A stretch of 64,000 bases of DNA from Protoeuglena noctilucae (lineage: Eukaryota). The notes under the pieces are model-generated. The model did not search any database. It had not been told where the DNA came from and was given only the letters and a program-made list of their open reading frames with translations. Positions 1 through 13,104 of the stretch are shown here, in pieces (the stretch's first letter is position 1; each line of letters opens with the position of its first letter). A program made the translations under genes and the position numbers. The stretch spans positions 1 through 64,000 of the forward strand of contig OY253671.1 in assembly GCA_958009085.1 (NCBI GenBank), in the 5' to 3' direction.

Positions 1-238
1 CCCTAACCCTACCCTAACCCTAACCCTAACCCTAACCCTAACCCTAACCCTAACCCTAACCCTAACCCTAACCCTAACCCTAACCCTAACCCTAACCCTA
101 ACCCTAACCCTAACCCTAACCCTAACCCTAACCCTAACCCTAACCCTAACCCTAACCCTAACCCTAAACCTAACCTACTACCCTAAAACTGGCCCTAACC
201 CTAAACCTAACCTAACCCTACCTACCTAACCCTAACCC
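1..238. repeat. Telomeric repeat array (CCCTAA)n / (TTAGGG)n, degenerate over the last ~70 nt
   Basis: Perfect ccctaa hexamers from 1 to ~165, then variant units (cctaaa, cctac, cctaac) to ~238, at the very start of the window. Confidence 0.98.
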
Positions 239-1112
239 GACTCGAGTGCGCCGCGTCATCGCCAAGACGGTGCGGTGTGCCTACTTCGCTCAGCGCCGAC
301 CCGTCGTCCAGGAGATCACGAAGGCGAGGAAGTGGTTCGGCATGGATCGCGAGCCAGCACCGGGTGTGGGGTGCGCCCTCCCCTTCCCCATCGGCTTGCA
401 CTCTCGCGCCCCACCTTGAGGGGGCTGCCAGCCCCGAGGCGCAGAGACAGGTGGTCTTCTCTGCCTTTTGACGCGCTCTCGGTGCCCCTATGGTGGGTAG
501 GCTGCCACGGCTGTCCACCCTATCTCCCCCCACCGCCGCCGGCCAATCGCCGCTGCGTCTTGTCCGCCCTTGTAGGCCGCCCCCACTTGTCGGCCCCCTC
601 AGAGTGGGGGGCCCACCCAGCCCCCCCCCGGTTGCTGTGATCCTTACCGTGCTGCAGCAGTAGCTGTGGTGCTGCAGCCACCTCGTGCCGCATCCCACGC
701 GGCACCTGCTCCCTCTCCCGTCTGTATCTGACGCTGCATGACCCCTCCACTCCTCCCCTCCCCTGGGGGGGTGTGTTTACAGTCCCTCAGGGGGCTCTTC
801 CTCTCCAGGGCCCCTCGCCCTGCTCAGTAACTTCCCAAGGGACCCCTCCCTTGACCGGCTCGCCGGGTCCAGGGCCTCGCCCTGTTTCTGGCTAGGCGGT
901 GGTGATGTATGCTACACCGTTGATGCGACCTTCCCTGGTGTTGGTAGCTGCTGGCCCTGGCGCTGCCAAAGCAGCTGAAGCCACTGCTCGAGGGCCCCGG
1001 GCAAGAGTGGCAAGAGATAGGTCAGCGACCTTAGCTGTGAGCCTTGTTGAAGGAAAGTCAGTCAGCAGCCCCCGAGGTCTCGCAACACGCATGCGTCGCA
1101 GCCGCCCTCGCC

Positions 1113-2100
1113 TGGTAAGCAGCAGGCAGAACAGGGCCCATGTCATACGCTGGCGTCCACGCAGCCTCGCGGGAGCGTCACTGACGCCCTCCACGCTGGC
1201 AGCCGCCGCCTGCCTCGCCACCCCACGCCGATTGCGCTTCAGCATGCGCAGTAACTACGCCCCGGTTAGGTAGCAGCATTGTGCGAGTGGCAAGTCAGCA
1301 CTCCTCTCCTTGCATGCCAAGATAGAGGCTGACAAGACGGCCTCGTCAGCTGCTTCATTGCATGGGACAAGGCGGGTCGCCATGGCGCCGCATGGATGCC
1401 AAAGCTTACCTTCACCGCACCGCATCTGCCAGGCCCTACAAGGACGCCCCCAGACACACCTGCACTCGGCTGTACAGGACGATGCACCGCCCACACGCCT
1501 CATTGCATCGGCGCCCCATCGTCACCGCCGCGACTTGCACTCTGCTGCGATGCTCACGCCTCCTGCATCAGACCGTACAATGCAACAGCATGAATGCACT
1601 CCGCACACCAAGTCTCTGCTACGCCTGGACTCGCCGAGCTCATCCGCCGCATCGCACAGCGACAACGACACAGCCCATGTGCCCACTCCAATGCCTGTAC
1701 CCATGCGACCATCGGAGCCCTCCACGTAGCGACAGCGGGTGATGTGAACGGCCTACAGCACTTTCATATGATAGCACTTACCTCGAAATGCACAGCCAGC
1801 CTCCTCCCCTAAGGCAATCCGTGAGGTGCAGCCACGCGTCATAACTGCCCTCAACAGGTAAGCAGCAGGTGCAACAGGGCCCCTGTCATGCGTTCCTGCC
1901 TTCCACGCAGCCTAACTCAGAGGCTGACAAGACGGCAGCGCCAGCTGCCTCATCACAGCAGCTAGCGCAGGCGCCTCGGCGCCGCACAGGTGCTGCAGCT
2001 CACCGGCCCAGCACGTCATCAATCAGTCCCTGTGCGGAGCGGATGCATCCAAATACACTGCCACTCCGATGTACAGCGTGGTGCGCCACCCACATACCTG
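1113..2100. repeat. Degenerate subtelomeric direct duplication
   Basis: ggtaagcagcagg..aacagggccc.tgtcat..tccacgcagcct at ~1114-1167 and ~1857-1912; agaggctgacaagacggc..cagctgc.tcat at ~1324 and ~1919; weaker similarity at ~1453 vs ~2053. Confidence 0.6.
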
Positions 2101-2266
2101 ACCGCATCCGCCGCTCCAATTCCTGTCCGCTGCCGCCTGCAGCAGACTTTCCTGCCCAGCCTTGCCTGCGCATCCCTTAACATTCAATACGCAGCCCGCA
2201 GGGCAGCCAAGGGACCCTAGCTGGCGAGCATACACTCCAGCACGCCGCGGCAGCGACTGGTGATCG

Positions 2267-5200
2267 TCAGTTCAGCACCCCGCCATTCAGCCCCTCGCTC
2301 CTCTTCCCGTCGTCGTCCTCGTCGTCGAAGCTAATTACGTCCGCCTGCACCGCCGGGGGTGGCGTCACCAGCACGCCGATGCGCGGGGGGGTCCGACCGG
2401 GCCGCGCGGCGGGACGCGCCGCAGCCGGCGGGGCCGAGGACGCGGGCAGCGCAGGGGGAGCCACCGGGGCCGGCAGGGGAGGCCCGGGGGGGTTGGGGTC
2501 GTGCTCCACCGCCGCCTCTGGCAGCGCCGCCTCGGGCAGCGCCTGCACGCCACCGCCGGCAGTGGGGACCGACCCCGTGCGCCCCGTCTCCCATCGCGGC
2601 ACGTCCTCCCGCACGAACCCATCAAGGATGTCCCTCCGGGGGGCTGACACGCCCCCGCGAGCAGCGGGGCCCAGCCCCCGCGGAGCGTGCGGGCCTGGGA
2701 CCGCAACGCCTGCCCCACGCGACCCTCCCGGCTGGGGCAGGGGCAGCGGCGCCGGCGGAGGCAGGGCACCCCGCGCTCGCGCCGGAATCTCGGCAGCCGC
2801 CGCAGCGGCGGGGCCGGGCGCCTCCCAGTACCCCCGTACGGCCGCCTCGAACTGTGCACGCGCATCCCAGATGGGGGAGTCCATGTGGGCGGGGACCATC
2901 ATGTCGAAGTCCCAGGAGAGGACGCGGGCGGCCCACACGCGCACGGCCTCGGGGTCCCACGCCCCCACCATGCGCGCCAGGAGCTCCCCCGGCTGCCCCC
3001 CCACCCCAGCCCACGCGACGCCCCTCCCCCACAGCTCCTGCAGGCCATCGCTGAGGCGCACACGCAGCCACTGCCCGGAGGCCTGCACCAGGGCGTCGGC
3101 CACCAGCGCGCACCGCGCCGCCCGCACCAGGGCCGTGGCCTCCTCGTACGCCCCAGGCGCGGACAGGAGCGAGAGGTCGATGGCGCCGCCCCACTCGGGG
3201 GGGGAGCGGCCGTGCGCGAGCAGGCGCACGCGTCCCGGGCGCAGGAGGCGGGCCACGCGGGGGGGCGTCAGGGGGGGCCGGAGGAGCTCCGGCACGGCCC
3301 AGACGTCCGCCATGGGCCACCGCTCGGCGTAGGCGGGCGCGAAGACCGAGTGCTCGGGGGAGAGGGCGGGAAGCACGATGTGGGCGACGCGGCCCCCGAT
3401 GGCGTCCAAGTGCGCAATCACCTCCTCCGTCAGCGCCACGGGCGACCACACCCACAGGGAGCCGTCAGGGAGACTGCGGAGGGGGCGGGGGCTGATGTCG
3501 GGGTCAAGGGCGCGAGCGGCGCAGGCGGAGCAGCGGCAAGGGCAGTCACGGCAGTCGCGACGCACCGGTGGACGGCCATGCGGACGCAGAGGTCGTGAGC
3601 GGCGAGCTCCCACGGCTGCGTGAAAACCCAGAGCTCCCCGGGGTACTCCACCACCGTCGTGGGGCGCTCGGAGGGGCCGAGGAGGGAGACGTAGCGGCGC
3701 GAGGCGTCGGCGGCGTGGGCCGGGGGTGGCAGGACGCGGCCCCCTCGGCCCAGGGGCTGGTGCGGCGCGGAACGCGGGGGTGGGTCCCGCTCCGCCCACC
3801 GGCGCGGGGGAGGGGGTCCCGGCCTTTCCTCGCGGCGCCCGCGCGGATCGCCGTACCCTGAAGGCGCGCCTCCCATCGGGAACTGCCCCTGCGGCATTGG
3901 CTCCTGGCGCGGGCCGCTGCCGCCCCTCCCCAGCCGCTCCCACGCACCCAGCTCCTCCCACGACGACCCAGGCCCATCCTCTGCACGCCATCCGCGTCCA
4001 ATGCCCCATCCCTGGGCGTCCCGAGAGCCCGCACCCGGCCCCCAACCAGGGGGCGGAGGTCCCGGCGCCCTCCCCGGCTGCGGGGGATCCCAGGCCGCCC
4101 CCGCACCGCCGTCTGCCCACTCCCCGTCCCTCTCCCAGGCCCAGGCGTCCCAGGCAGGAGCGGCCTCGGCTTCCCTCGCCTGCCGCCAGCCACTGGGTCC
4201 GCGTGGCGCGTCCCCAGCCGCCCCGCCAGCCCCTCGCCAGGGCGACTGACGAGGAGGCGGCGCATGCATGGGGCGCTGCGCAGGACGCTGCGCGGGTCGC
4301 TGTGGCGCTGCACCCGCGCCCGGGCGTGCGCCCCGCGGAGGCCCGGTCGCCCTCCACGGCCCATCCTCGGGCGGAGGTCGCGCGGTCCACGGCCCACGCT
4401 CCGGGACACGCCTCCCTCCCACCACCCAATCGCCTGGCGTGCCCTGGGTCGGGGGAGCCACACCATCGGACCATGCACCCGGCCACGGACCTGGCCACGG
4501 GTAGCCGAGGCCCTGAGACGCCGCGGGGGGCGCGGGCGGGGGCGGGGCACCCTCCGCCGCCCACGGGGCCCACGGCTGCGGTGGCGGCAGCATGGGCGGG
4601 GGTTGCAGAAGAGGCGGCTGGCCCTGCACTGGCACCCACACCCACTGGCCCCCCTGCGTAGGAGCCACAGCCCAGGCAGGTGCGGGGGGTGGTGTGGCGG
4701 TGGGCGGCGGAGGCGTGCTCGGGACCGGAGGCGCCACGGGCGGTGGCGTCGGCCATGCGGCGGGCGCCGGTGCCGCCACCGGTGGTGGCATGGATGCTGC
4801 TGTCGGTGGAGCTGCCGGTGGTGGTGCTGCCATCGGAGGTGCGGTCGGTGGCACTACAGGTGGTGCCGAGGACGGTCGCGTGGGCAGCCCTGTGCTCGGC
4901 CGGCGACTGGGAGCTACGCTGGAACTCGGCCCACTGGGACGGAACTCATCGCCAGGCATGAACGAGGTGCCGGCGCTCCGCTCCACGGTGGGTGCCGGGG
5001 GCGTCGCACGGCGCTCACCGTCCCGCTGCCCCTCCTGCGGGATGGGCCCTAGGGCGGCAGCGACGCCGTCGATGAGGAAGCGCGCGGCCGTGAAGAGGGC
5101 GTCCTCGCGGTCAGAGGCCCTGCCGTCGCCACGCAGGCCCGGGGGAGGGGCACGGGGCAACGCGGGCGAGGAGGACGACGGACCAGGGCGTGGGGCGGGC

Positions 5201-7563
5201 GGAGGGGGAGCCGCGGGGGGCGCGTCCTGGCGTGTGGGCGGCGCATCTCGGCGTGTCGGGGACACCCCGCCCGTCCTCGCCCTCCGCAGCCCCTCTGTCA
5301 GCGCCGCCACGTCCCCCTCGCTCGGCCGCCACCGGATGGGGTCGGGTCGCCGCGGCGCCTGCCCCGGCTGCGCCCTCTGGTCGCCGCCCCGCATGCGCAC
5401 GAACTCGTCGCCCGGAAGGGCGGGGCCAGGGCCAGGGGCGGAGGCAGGCGTGGGTGGAGAGGACGGCGAGGTCTGGCGGGGCTGCACCGCCTGCGGTGGC
5501 TGCGTCGGCTGCCGGGGCTGGGGTGGCGGCGATGCCTGCGGGGCGGAAGACGGAGGCGGGCGGGGCCACGAGGCGGCGTCCCTGGCCGCCGCGTCCAGGC
5601 GAGGGGGAGGCGCGGTGGTATCGACCCTCGCCGCGCTGCCCGCGGGGGCGGTGCTGGCCGCAGGAGCAGCCCTGGCTGCAGGAGCGCCCCCTGTCGGTGC
5701 CGCGCGCCCCCCGCCCAGCAAGTCGACGGCCATGCCCAGCAGCGTCGCCCCCACCGTCGGCTGCATGGGGTCCCCACGGACCGGGGCGACGCCTGGCTGC
5801 TCCACCCTGCCCGGCGGCGCCCTCGTGGCGGGATCCGGCCTCGGGCGCGGGCCGTCGCGTGCAGAGGCGGCGGCCGGCGTGCGGGGGACGGCTGGCGGCT
5901 CCTCCCGCATCCGGAGAGGCTGCGTTGGGGGCTGTGGGGCCGGGGCGGGGCGCACTTCCGCAGGGGCAGGCGGAGTGGCCCCGGGGACGCCGTTGCGGGC
6001 GGGACTGGAGACGGCCGAGGGGGCAGCAGGCTGCGGGGGCCTTGGCTGTGGCGGTCTCGGCTGTCCAGGCGTGGCGGTCCCTCGGTATTGGAATCCCTGG
6101 AACGCGTCGCCCGTGGTCGATGCCCCTCGCGGATCGGGAGAAGGTGCCTGGCTCGGCGGTGTCGGCGGAGCCGTGCCTCGACGCGCCTGGGACTCTGCCG
6201 GCGGGACCCGAGGGGGCTGAGCAGGGGCAGCCGATGGCGGGGCAGCCGATGGCGGGGCAGACGAAGACGGGCCAGCCACAGGCGGTGCTGATGGGCCCAG
6301 GGTGGTCGGTGCCCCGTTGACAGGCCGGGGCAGGGATGCGCTTGGGTCCTTGTGGGGCTGAGTGGCCGGCGCCCGGGCCTCAGCCGGAGGGGCGGGGGCG
6401 GGCGGGGGTGGCCTCGCCTGTGCCTGGCTGGCAGGCGCACCCGGCTGCGTCCCTCGCGGGGAGGGCGGCGCGGCGACCGTTGAGCGCGGGGACTGTGGGG
6501 CGGGTGCTGGCGCCTGGGGGCGGGGCGGGAGGTAAGGGGTTGCGCGTTGCGCAGGCAAGCCCAGCGACAGCGCTTCGCACTCTGCAACGACGCCCAGCCG
6601 GCGACCCAGCGCACAACCGAGTAGCCAACTCTCTCGGCACGCACCTGGGGGGGCTGCGTCTGAGCCGGCGGCTGCCCCGGGGCAGGCCCTTCGTAGGCCG
6701 TCGCAGCTGCCCCACGCAGCGCGCCTTGCAGCCCCTCCCCGACCAGCGCACCGATGGCGCGGAAGAGCTCCGCGGTGGGACTGGGACCCGCCGGCATGGC
6801 CCGCGGGGTCCTCGGGGTCGTCGGCGGGGTGGATGCAGGCGGGGTAGGGGGCGTGTCCGGAGTCGGCTCCCACGGCCCATCCCTGCGGCGGTGACGAGGG
6901 TGGTTGAGGGCCGTGGGATCGCTTCTTAATCAACTGCCCCGCTTTGTCCCAGCGCAGTGTCCGCTCCCGCCCTCACCCGCGCCCCACCGCCACTCGGGGC
7001 GAGGGGAAGAGGTCGGCGGGCAGACCCGCCACTCCCTCGGTGCTGGGGGCGGGGTTCACGGGGGGCGGAGGACGCGGACGGGGTCGCGGGGGCTCCTTCC
7101 GCGCCGTGGAGGACGGCGACACTGCGGGGAGGCGGTGCTGTGCTTGCCATGCGCGTCACGGCCGGCACGCAGCCACCCACGCTGGCACACACGCAGTCCC
7201 AGAGCAACGCAGCGCCGGCAACTCACCGGTGGCGGGCGGCAGACCCGGCGCAACGGGGGTGGCGTCGTCGGCGAATCCCCCCTCGTCCCGCGTCTTGCCC
7301 CAGCTCTCAGCGCTCACGGCACCGGGAATGGATGAGGCGGGGTCCTGTGCCTCCCCTCCTCCCGAGGGGCCGTCCCGTGCGGCATGCACTCGCGGCAAAG
7401 GGCTCAGTGACGCACCTGGGGCGGAGGAGGAAGGCGCGATCGCCTGCGTCGCGGCGCCTTGTCTCATCGCATGCGCGCGCTTGTCGTGGCTCTCACCTTG
7501 GCGTGTCGGCCCGCGATGGGGCACGCGCGCACGCGCAGGTAGTCCTTGCAGTTGGACATTCAT
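2267..7563 (-). CDS. DUF4336-family (metallo-beta-lactamase-like fold) protein with a very long Pro/Ala-rich N-terminal region; multi-exon
   Basis: ELWVFTQP...VRMAVHR spliced (intron ~3566-3477) to SLPDGSLWVWSPVALTEEV...HIVLPALSPEHSVF...WPMADVWAVP...WDFDMMVPAHMD, recognised as DUF4336-like. Stop TGA at 2267. Start at 7563 and the 5' exons are inferred. Confidence 0.7.
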
Positions 7564-8432
7564 GCTTTCCAGTTGGACCTGCGCGAGAGACGACAGAGGC
7601 GCACGCTGTGGGTAAAAGTGAGGATACTCTCCGCACCCGCGACGAGCAGGCCCCGGTCGACGCGGTGCGTGTCCCAGAGCCTGACAAATGGACAGAACAG
7701 CTATGCTGAAGCCATCCGGCGCTTTGCGAGGCGACGCTTCCCCGCAAAGAGCGCGTAACAGCGGAGGCATCTCTGGGAAGGCGGGACGCACCTCGGCGGG
7801 GCCGAAGCCCCAGAAAGGCGGCAAGCATCAAGCACGGCATCATCGTGAGGGCTCTCACCGTGGCGGCAACTCAGGCCGTGCCATGGAGCGGCCGTAGTGG
7901 TGGCTGTTACAAGCCCGCCACGGCCGGCAGGTGAGCGGTCCTTGCGACTCGCGGTGCGACGCGATCACCCGTACACTTCACTGGCAAGAAGTCCCTGTGC
8001 GCGATCCACGCGGAGAGGGCCTCTCGGGCTGCACGTCGAGGCTGATGTGGGCACACGGCAAAGAGCAGGTGCCAACGCGGTGCGGCGGCGACCTGGCGGA
8101 ACTCAGCACCTGTTCACGATGTGTGGAAGGTGCTGGCTGAGCCGCGGCGCTTGTCTGGCGCCTGGACCTGCCCCAAATCACTGACACCGTGGGCGTCAGT
8201 CGCGAGTAGCGAGTTCGCGCTCCCGCGCCGTGTCGCTCTGTCATGTGGAGCATTCGCTGGAGCCCGGTAGCCATCGACAAGCTCGCGCGACGTGCTGAAG
8301 GACCGCTGTGCACCTGCGACACGTGATCCGCTCCCGAGCCCAGTCGAACGCCTTCGCTGCCCGCGGCACCGTCCGTTGCCCGCTCCTGAACTTTACGTGA
8401 CCTCATCGACGCGTCCTCTCGGCCCGTTGAGG

Positions 8433-9251
8433 ATGGCGCTGGTCGCCAGCGCGGCCAGGGGCTCCCTTTGGGCGCCCCGTGGGGCCTCTCGGAGGCCAGA
8501 CGCGCTGCCTTCGCGCTTGCAATGCTTCTATGAGCTGAACGCGGCGGTCATTGGCCGTCCTCGGGGGCAGGTGTGCTGCGCGGAGCCCATCTGGCGGAGC
8601 ACGGCGGGGCGCGTGGAGACGTTCCAGCTGGACCCTTCCGACGACGACGGGAAGATCCGCGAGGACGCTGCGTGGTTGGGGGACATGATTCGGCTGTGGC
8701 TGAACGAGGAGTGGTCGGAGCTGGAGATCCACCGCCGCATCGGGTGGGGGGCAGAGGGCGGGCTTGCACCTGCGGCGCGGGTGAGGCACTGGGCCCTCAC
8801 TGACTGCCTCTCCACGCCTGCCCCATGTCTCAGGAAGGAGGTGGCGCGGGTGTTCGCCAACGCCCGCCTGGAGGGCTGCCACGAGATCCAGGACGTGCTG
8901 GTGGCGCTGACCACGGAGCTGCAGGCGTTTGACTTCTACGACTCCTTCACCGACGCATTTAGCGTGTCGAACAAGTGCGTGGAGCTGCTCATGATGCGGG
9001 CGGGCATCGACTGCGGGTGCTCGACCGAGGCCGACAGGCGAGGACGGGGTGGGGCGGGGCTGGCATGGGCGAGCAGTGGCAGGGGCTGGCATGGGCGAGC
9101 AGTGGCAGGGGCAGTGCTGACCCATCGGCTGCGGTGATAGAGTCCCAGTGCGTATGTGCCTGCTTCACATGTTCTCATCTGCAGGACGTGCATCCCTCGG
9201 TTCGAGGCGGCCCTCGCGGAGGAGAGGCGTGGGCAGGAGGGGAGCAAGTGA
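8433..9251 (+). CDS. Conserved hypothetical protein, probably plastid-targeted (cyanobacterial/plant-type WLxEEW...FDFxxSF protein)
   Basis: ATG at 8433 with a transit-peptide-like start; introns ~8743-8832 and 9038-9184 (GC-AG). Spliced product IRLWLNEEWSELEIHRRIGKEVARVF...LQAFDFYDSFTDAFSVSNKCVELL; TGA at 9249-9251. Family resemblance is from memory only. Confidence 0.7.
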
Positions 9252-9381
9252 GAGTGGGGGACGGAGAGCCTCGCGAGTGCCGCGGCGGCCGAGCGCTCAG
9301 TGGGTCGATGGCGGCTAGGATGCATGCAGAGTGGACGCCGCAGATGTTCAAAGTCACGCGCGCACACAGCCGCCCGCTGCC

Positions 9382-12300
9382 TCACTGCCCCGCCCCCGTC
9401 TCCGCCGCCTTGGCCGCCCTCTTGGCGCACCTCCGCATGTTCTTCTTCTGAGCCTTGGTCAGGCGCGGGCGAGAGGGGTCCTGGGCCGCGGCGTTCCTCG
9501 CCTCCCCCTCCTGGCGCTTGCGCTTGCGGTCCTGGCGGGCCTGGGGGGGGCAGTGGCGCGGGGCGCGGTCAGACGAGGGTCTTGCAGTTGCCGGCCACAA
9601 ATCTCTCGCTCACCGCCAGCACTGGCAGTGGCTTGCGAACAGGCATCCGGTGCTGCGGATGGGCCGTCTTGTGAAGCAACTCCCTCTCCCCCCTCACCTT
9701 GGCATCCTCCACCTTCTCCCCTCGCTTGACCAGCAGGGGACGCTCGTATGTCTCCCGACGCGACGAACCCTGCCCCTGACCCTGCCCCTGCCCCCCATCA
9801 GACGCGCCATGCGTCCCCCTCCCTGCCCCTCCCCCGGCCCTCCCCCTCCCCCGCCCCCTCCCCTCCCCACCTGTGCCCCTCCCCCCCACCTCTCCCCTTC
9901 CCTCTCCCCCCACCCCGAACTGCTGCAGCTTGTACCTCAGCGCCTTGCCCCCCACGCGCCCCCCGTCCTCACGGTACGGCGCCAGCTTCTTCAAGCCCAC
10001 GATCTGATTCAACTCGCGGTCCTCGAGACGAAGGATCTCCCTCGCAGACAGGCCGTACGACTGCGGCTCCACCTCCCTGCATGCATGCAACAGCGAGAGT
10101 GAGCGCACGCGTTGCACGGTATGTGCCACTGCGTTGGTGTCTCCACCCCACCTCACCGGTACCGGAACCGCGTCTTGATGTCCCCTCCAACGACGTCCTC
10201 GTAGTCCAGCTTGTAGTACTCCTCCAGCATGCGGTGCATCTCGTCACGCACGCGCGCCGCGTCAGAACCAGCACCACCCTCCCCATCCCCATCCTCTCCC
10301 TCTCCATCGCCATCTCCATTCTCCCTCTCTCCCCCGCCCCCTCTCCTCGCCAGCGCCGCCCTCCTCGCCGCCTCGAACCCCGCCTCCTCGTCCCCACTCC
10401 CGAACCCGGCAATCTCCTTCATTAATGCCTCGTCGTCCCACATGCCCTGCAGGAGAGTCGCGGGAAAGGTCAGTGTCACTTCCAGGCCCGCGCCTGCAGT
10501 CCGGGTGTGGCAGAGAGAGGGCAGTAGGTCACGCATCGCGCATGCGATGTTGTCCCTCACCTCCCCGTCGTCTTCTGCCCCGTAGTACCCCTCCCCGAAT
10601 GCCTCAGCCATGACGGCGTCGTATCGGTCAGGGTCGAAGTCCCCCTCGATGGCCTGGCGCAGGGCGTCCAGGGGGGCAGACGACCCCGCCACGCCGTACA
10701 CCTCGGACAGGCGCGACTCGATCTCACGCTTCTTCAGATTCTGCAGAACAGAGAAGCAACGCGACACGCTTGCTCAGTTTCTGAACAACAGCATGACGAG
10801 GGATGTGCAACGGGTCGAGCTAGGAGGCATGGGGTGCCTCGGCAAGGTCCCCAACCCCACTGCCCCCACCTATGCATCGCTCCCACATGCATCCCCCCCC
10901 TCGCCTTGAGTCTCTTGACCTCGTCTGCCCTCGCGTCCGCCTCCGCCCTCTTCCTCTCCTCCCGCGCCTGCCGCTTGGCTGCCCGGGACGTCGCGTCCCT
11001 CCGCACCGTGTCCACCGCCCGGGGGTGCGTCACCAGGCGATCCGCACCGGGCTCCTCGAACCTGCGAGGGTGCGGGGGTACAAGGGGCATCATGTTGAAG
11101 ATACACAGCAAGTCAATACATGCTCACATTGCAGCGACGCTTGGCAAGCACACGCAACGACACGACACGCGCGCACTGCCCTGTCCCTCCCTTTGCTCGA
11201 CCACCCATATCCTCACCTGAAGTTGTATCGATACTCGTGCTCCTCCTGTTTTTCCAAAAAGGCAGCGTCCTCGTCATCCCCCACCTCCATACCCGCACCC
11301 GCACCCTCCCCATCCCCCTCCCCGTCCCCGTCCCCCGCCTCCCGCCACCGCTGCCCCGCAATGTAGTCTCGCAAGAACGCATCCCCCTCACTCAGACTGC
11401 CCCTCCCAAAGTACCCATCCAATGCAGCCGCCACCTCGGGCGCCACCGCGCCATCCGCGCCCTCCGGGGAGTGTCGTTGCTTGCGGCGGAGCAGGCCGCC
11501 AAAGTCAGAGCCACCCGACTCGGTGTCAGAATCAGAATCAGATAATGTGGATGAGGATGATGATGAGGTCGATGATGATGAGGATGACCCAGCACGCCCC
11601 TGTGCGGCCGCCAGGAACTCCCGCTTGATGCGACGCTGCTCCTCATCTGCGGGAGAGAGAGTGGCAAGACACGAGTAATGTACACGCCCTCAATGCTCAC
11701 TCCCCGCATCCGCACGCCTGTGTGCTGCCCTGCACTCTTCCTCTCACCGTACGCCTTCCCACCGCCCCCCCGCTCCTTGCCCGCCCCCTCCTCGTCGCTG
11801 CTGTCCACTGCACCGTTCGCCAGTGCCTGCTCGGCAATCACATCTTTGAGATACTTGGGACGGGCGGCCTTGCCACGAGGCTCCCTGCGAGAGATGCGAG
11901 AGGTGGCTGGGGTGGCGACATTGGCCAAGCTGAGACACAGCACCAAGGGCGCTGCTCCCTTCAACTCCTTCGATGCTGACTATACCACCGCCCATGATTC
12001 GTCATTCAGTCATTCATCATCAGTCACCACCATCACTGCCCATCACCAATCACCCCCCATCACCACGCACCCCGCGTCCCCCGAGTCCTCCGGCGTGGGC
12101 AGATCCGTGTAGAACTTGGCACTCTTGTCGTAGATGCTCGGGTCCCTGTCGCGGATCTTCCGAAGAGTCTCGAAAATCTCACGCTCTGCGACAAATGAAC
12201 GGGCCAGGTCACTTTGCGCACAGCTGAGCCCAGCCCTGCCGCTGTGCCGCCCTTCCGACCCCGACCCCGCGCACCCGTGACCTCCGGAATCTCTCCCATG

Positions 12301-12625
12301 TCCTCGTCCTCATCGTCCGACTCCTCCGTCTCCGAATCGCCGCCCGCCGCCGCCCCCAGCTCCAGCCGCGCATACGCCTCGGGGTGCTTCTCCTTCAGGC
12401 GGTGCAGCTCCTCGCGCTCCTTGTTGTGCTGGAACCGCCGCGCGTACTCCTCGTTTACCTTGAGCTGCAGCGGCAACGCGCGGTCGGAGAACGGTCGAGC
12501 CGCGACAGGAGGCGCTTCAGCAGCAAACGCAAATTGCACCCGCCCGCGGCGGCCACCTCGACGTCCTCCACCGGCTCATCGTCGCCGAACAGATCCGCAA
12601 TCTTCGTTTTGTTGCGCTTGCCCAT
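9382..12625 (-). CDS. KRI1: KRI1 homolog (40S ribosome biogenesis, KRR1 interactor); multi-exon
   Basis: LKVNEEYARRFQHNKEREELHRLKEK; EHEYRYNFRFEEPG; EVKRLKNLKKREI; LEEYYKLDYEDVVGGDIKTRFRYREVEPQSYGLSAREIL...LNQIVGLKKLAPYR. Confidence 0.93.
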
Positions 12626-13104
12626 CTCGCTCCGTCTCCGCCGCAGCCCTCGCGCGGGGGACTCCCTCCGTGGCGGCTGGTCCGAGCAGCCAGTCCCGCC
12701 CAGCGCCGCTGCGCAGCTGAAGAACACGCGGCGTGCTGGACGACACGAAGCAGACTGGAACTTGCCGAACAGCGGCGTGGAATAGCTGGCAGAAAAGGCT
12801 GCTGTACGATGCGCGTTTCCTGCACGGGCGTACCGGCGCCGGGAAGTCTCTTGGGAGTGGAAACGCTGCGCACCTGGAACGAATCCAGCAGTAACGCTTG
12901 CCTTGTCGCAGCTTCCTTCGCTGCTTCTCTATCCAGGTCATATCTTCGGAGATTTGAAGCACCTCCTGCACGCTTTCTTCGCTTTGCGCTGGACTCGCAG
13001 CCCCTGCATCCGTCCGCGGGGGGGCTGTCCGACTATCTTTGATCCATATTACTGCTTGCGAGATCCTCGGTGGATCCGGACCCTTCTGCAAACCAGGCCC
13101 CGCC

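Noticed and set aside
222..2235. Subtelomeric ORFs as a retroelement or helicase gene
   Set aside because: No reverse transcriptase, endonuclease or helicase motifs are visible in any frame.
2359..6320. Long plus-strand ORFs (for example 4592..6220, 542 aa)
   Set aside because: These are antisense shadows of the GC-rich minus-strand CDS with no recognisable domain.
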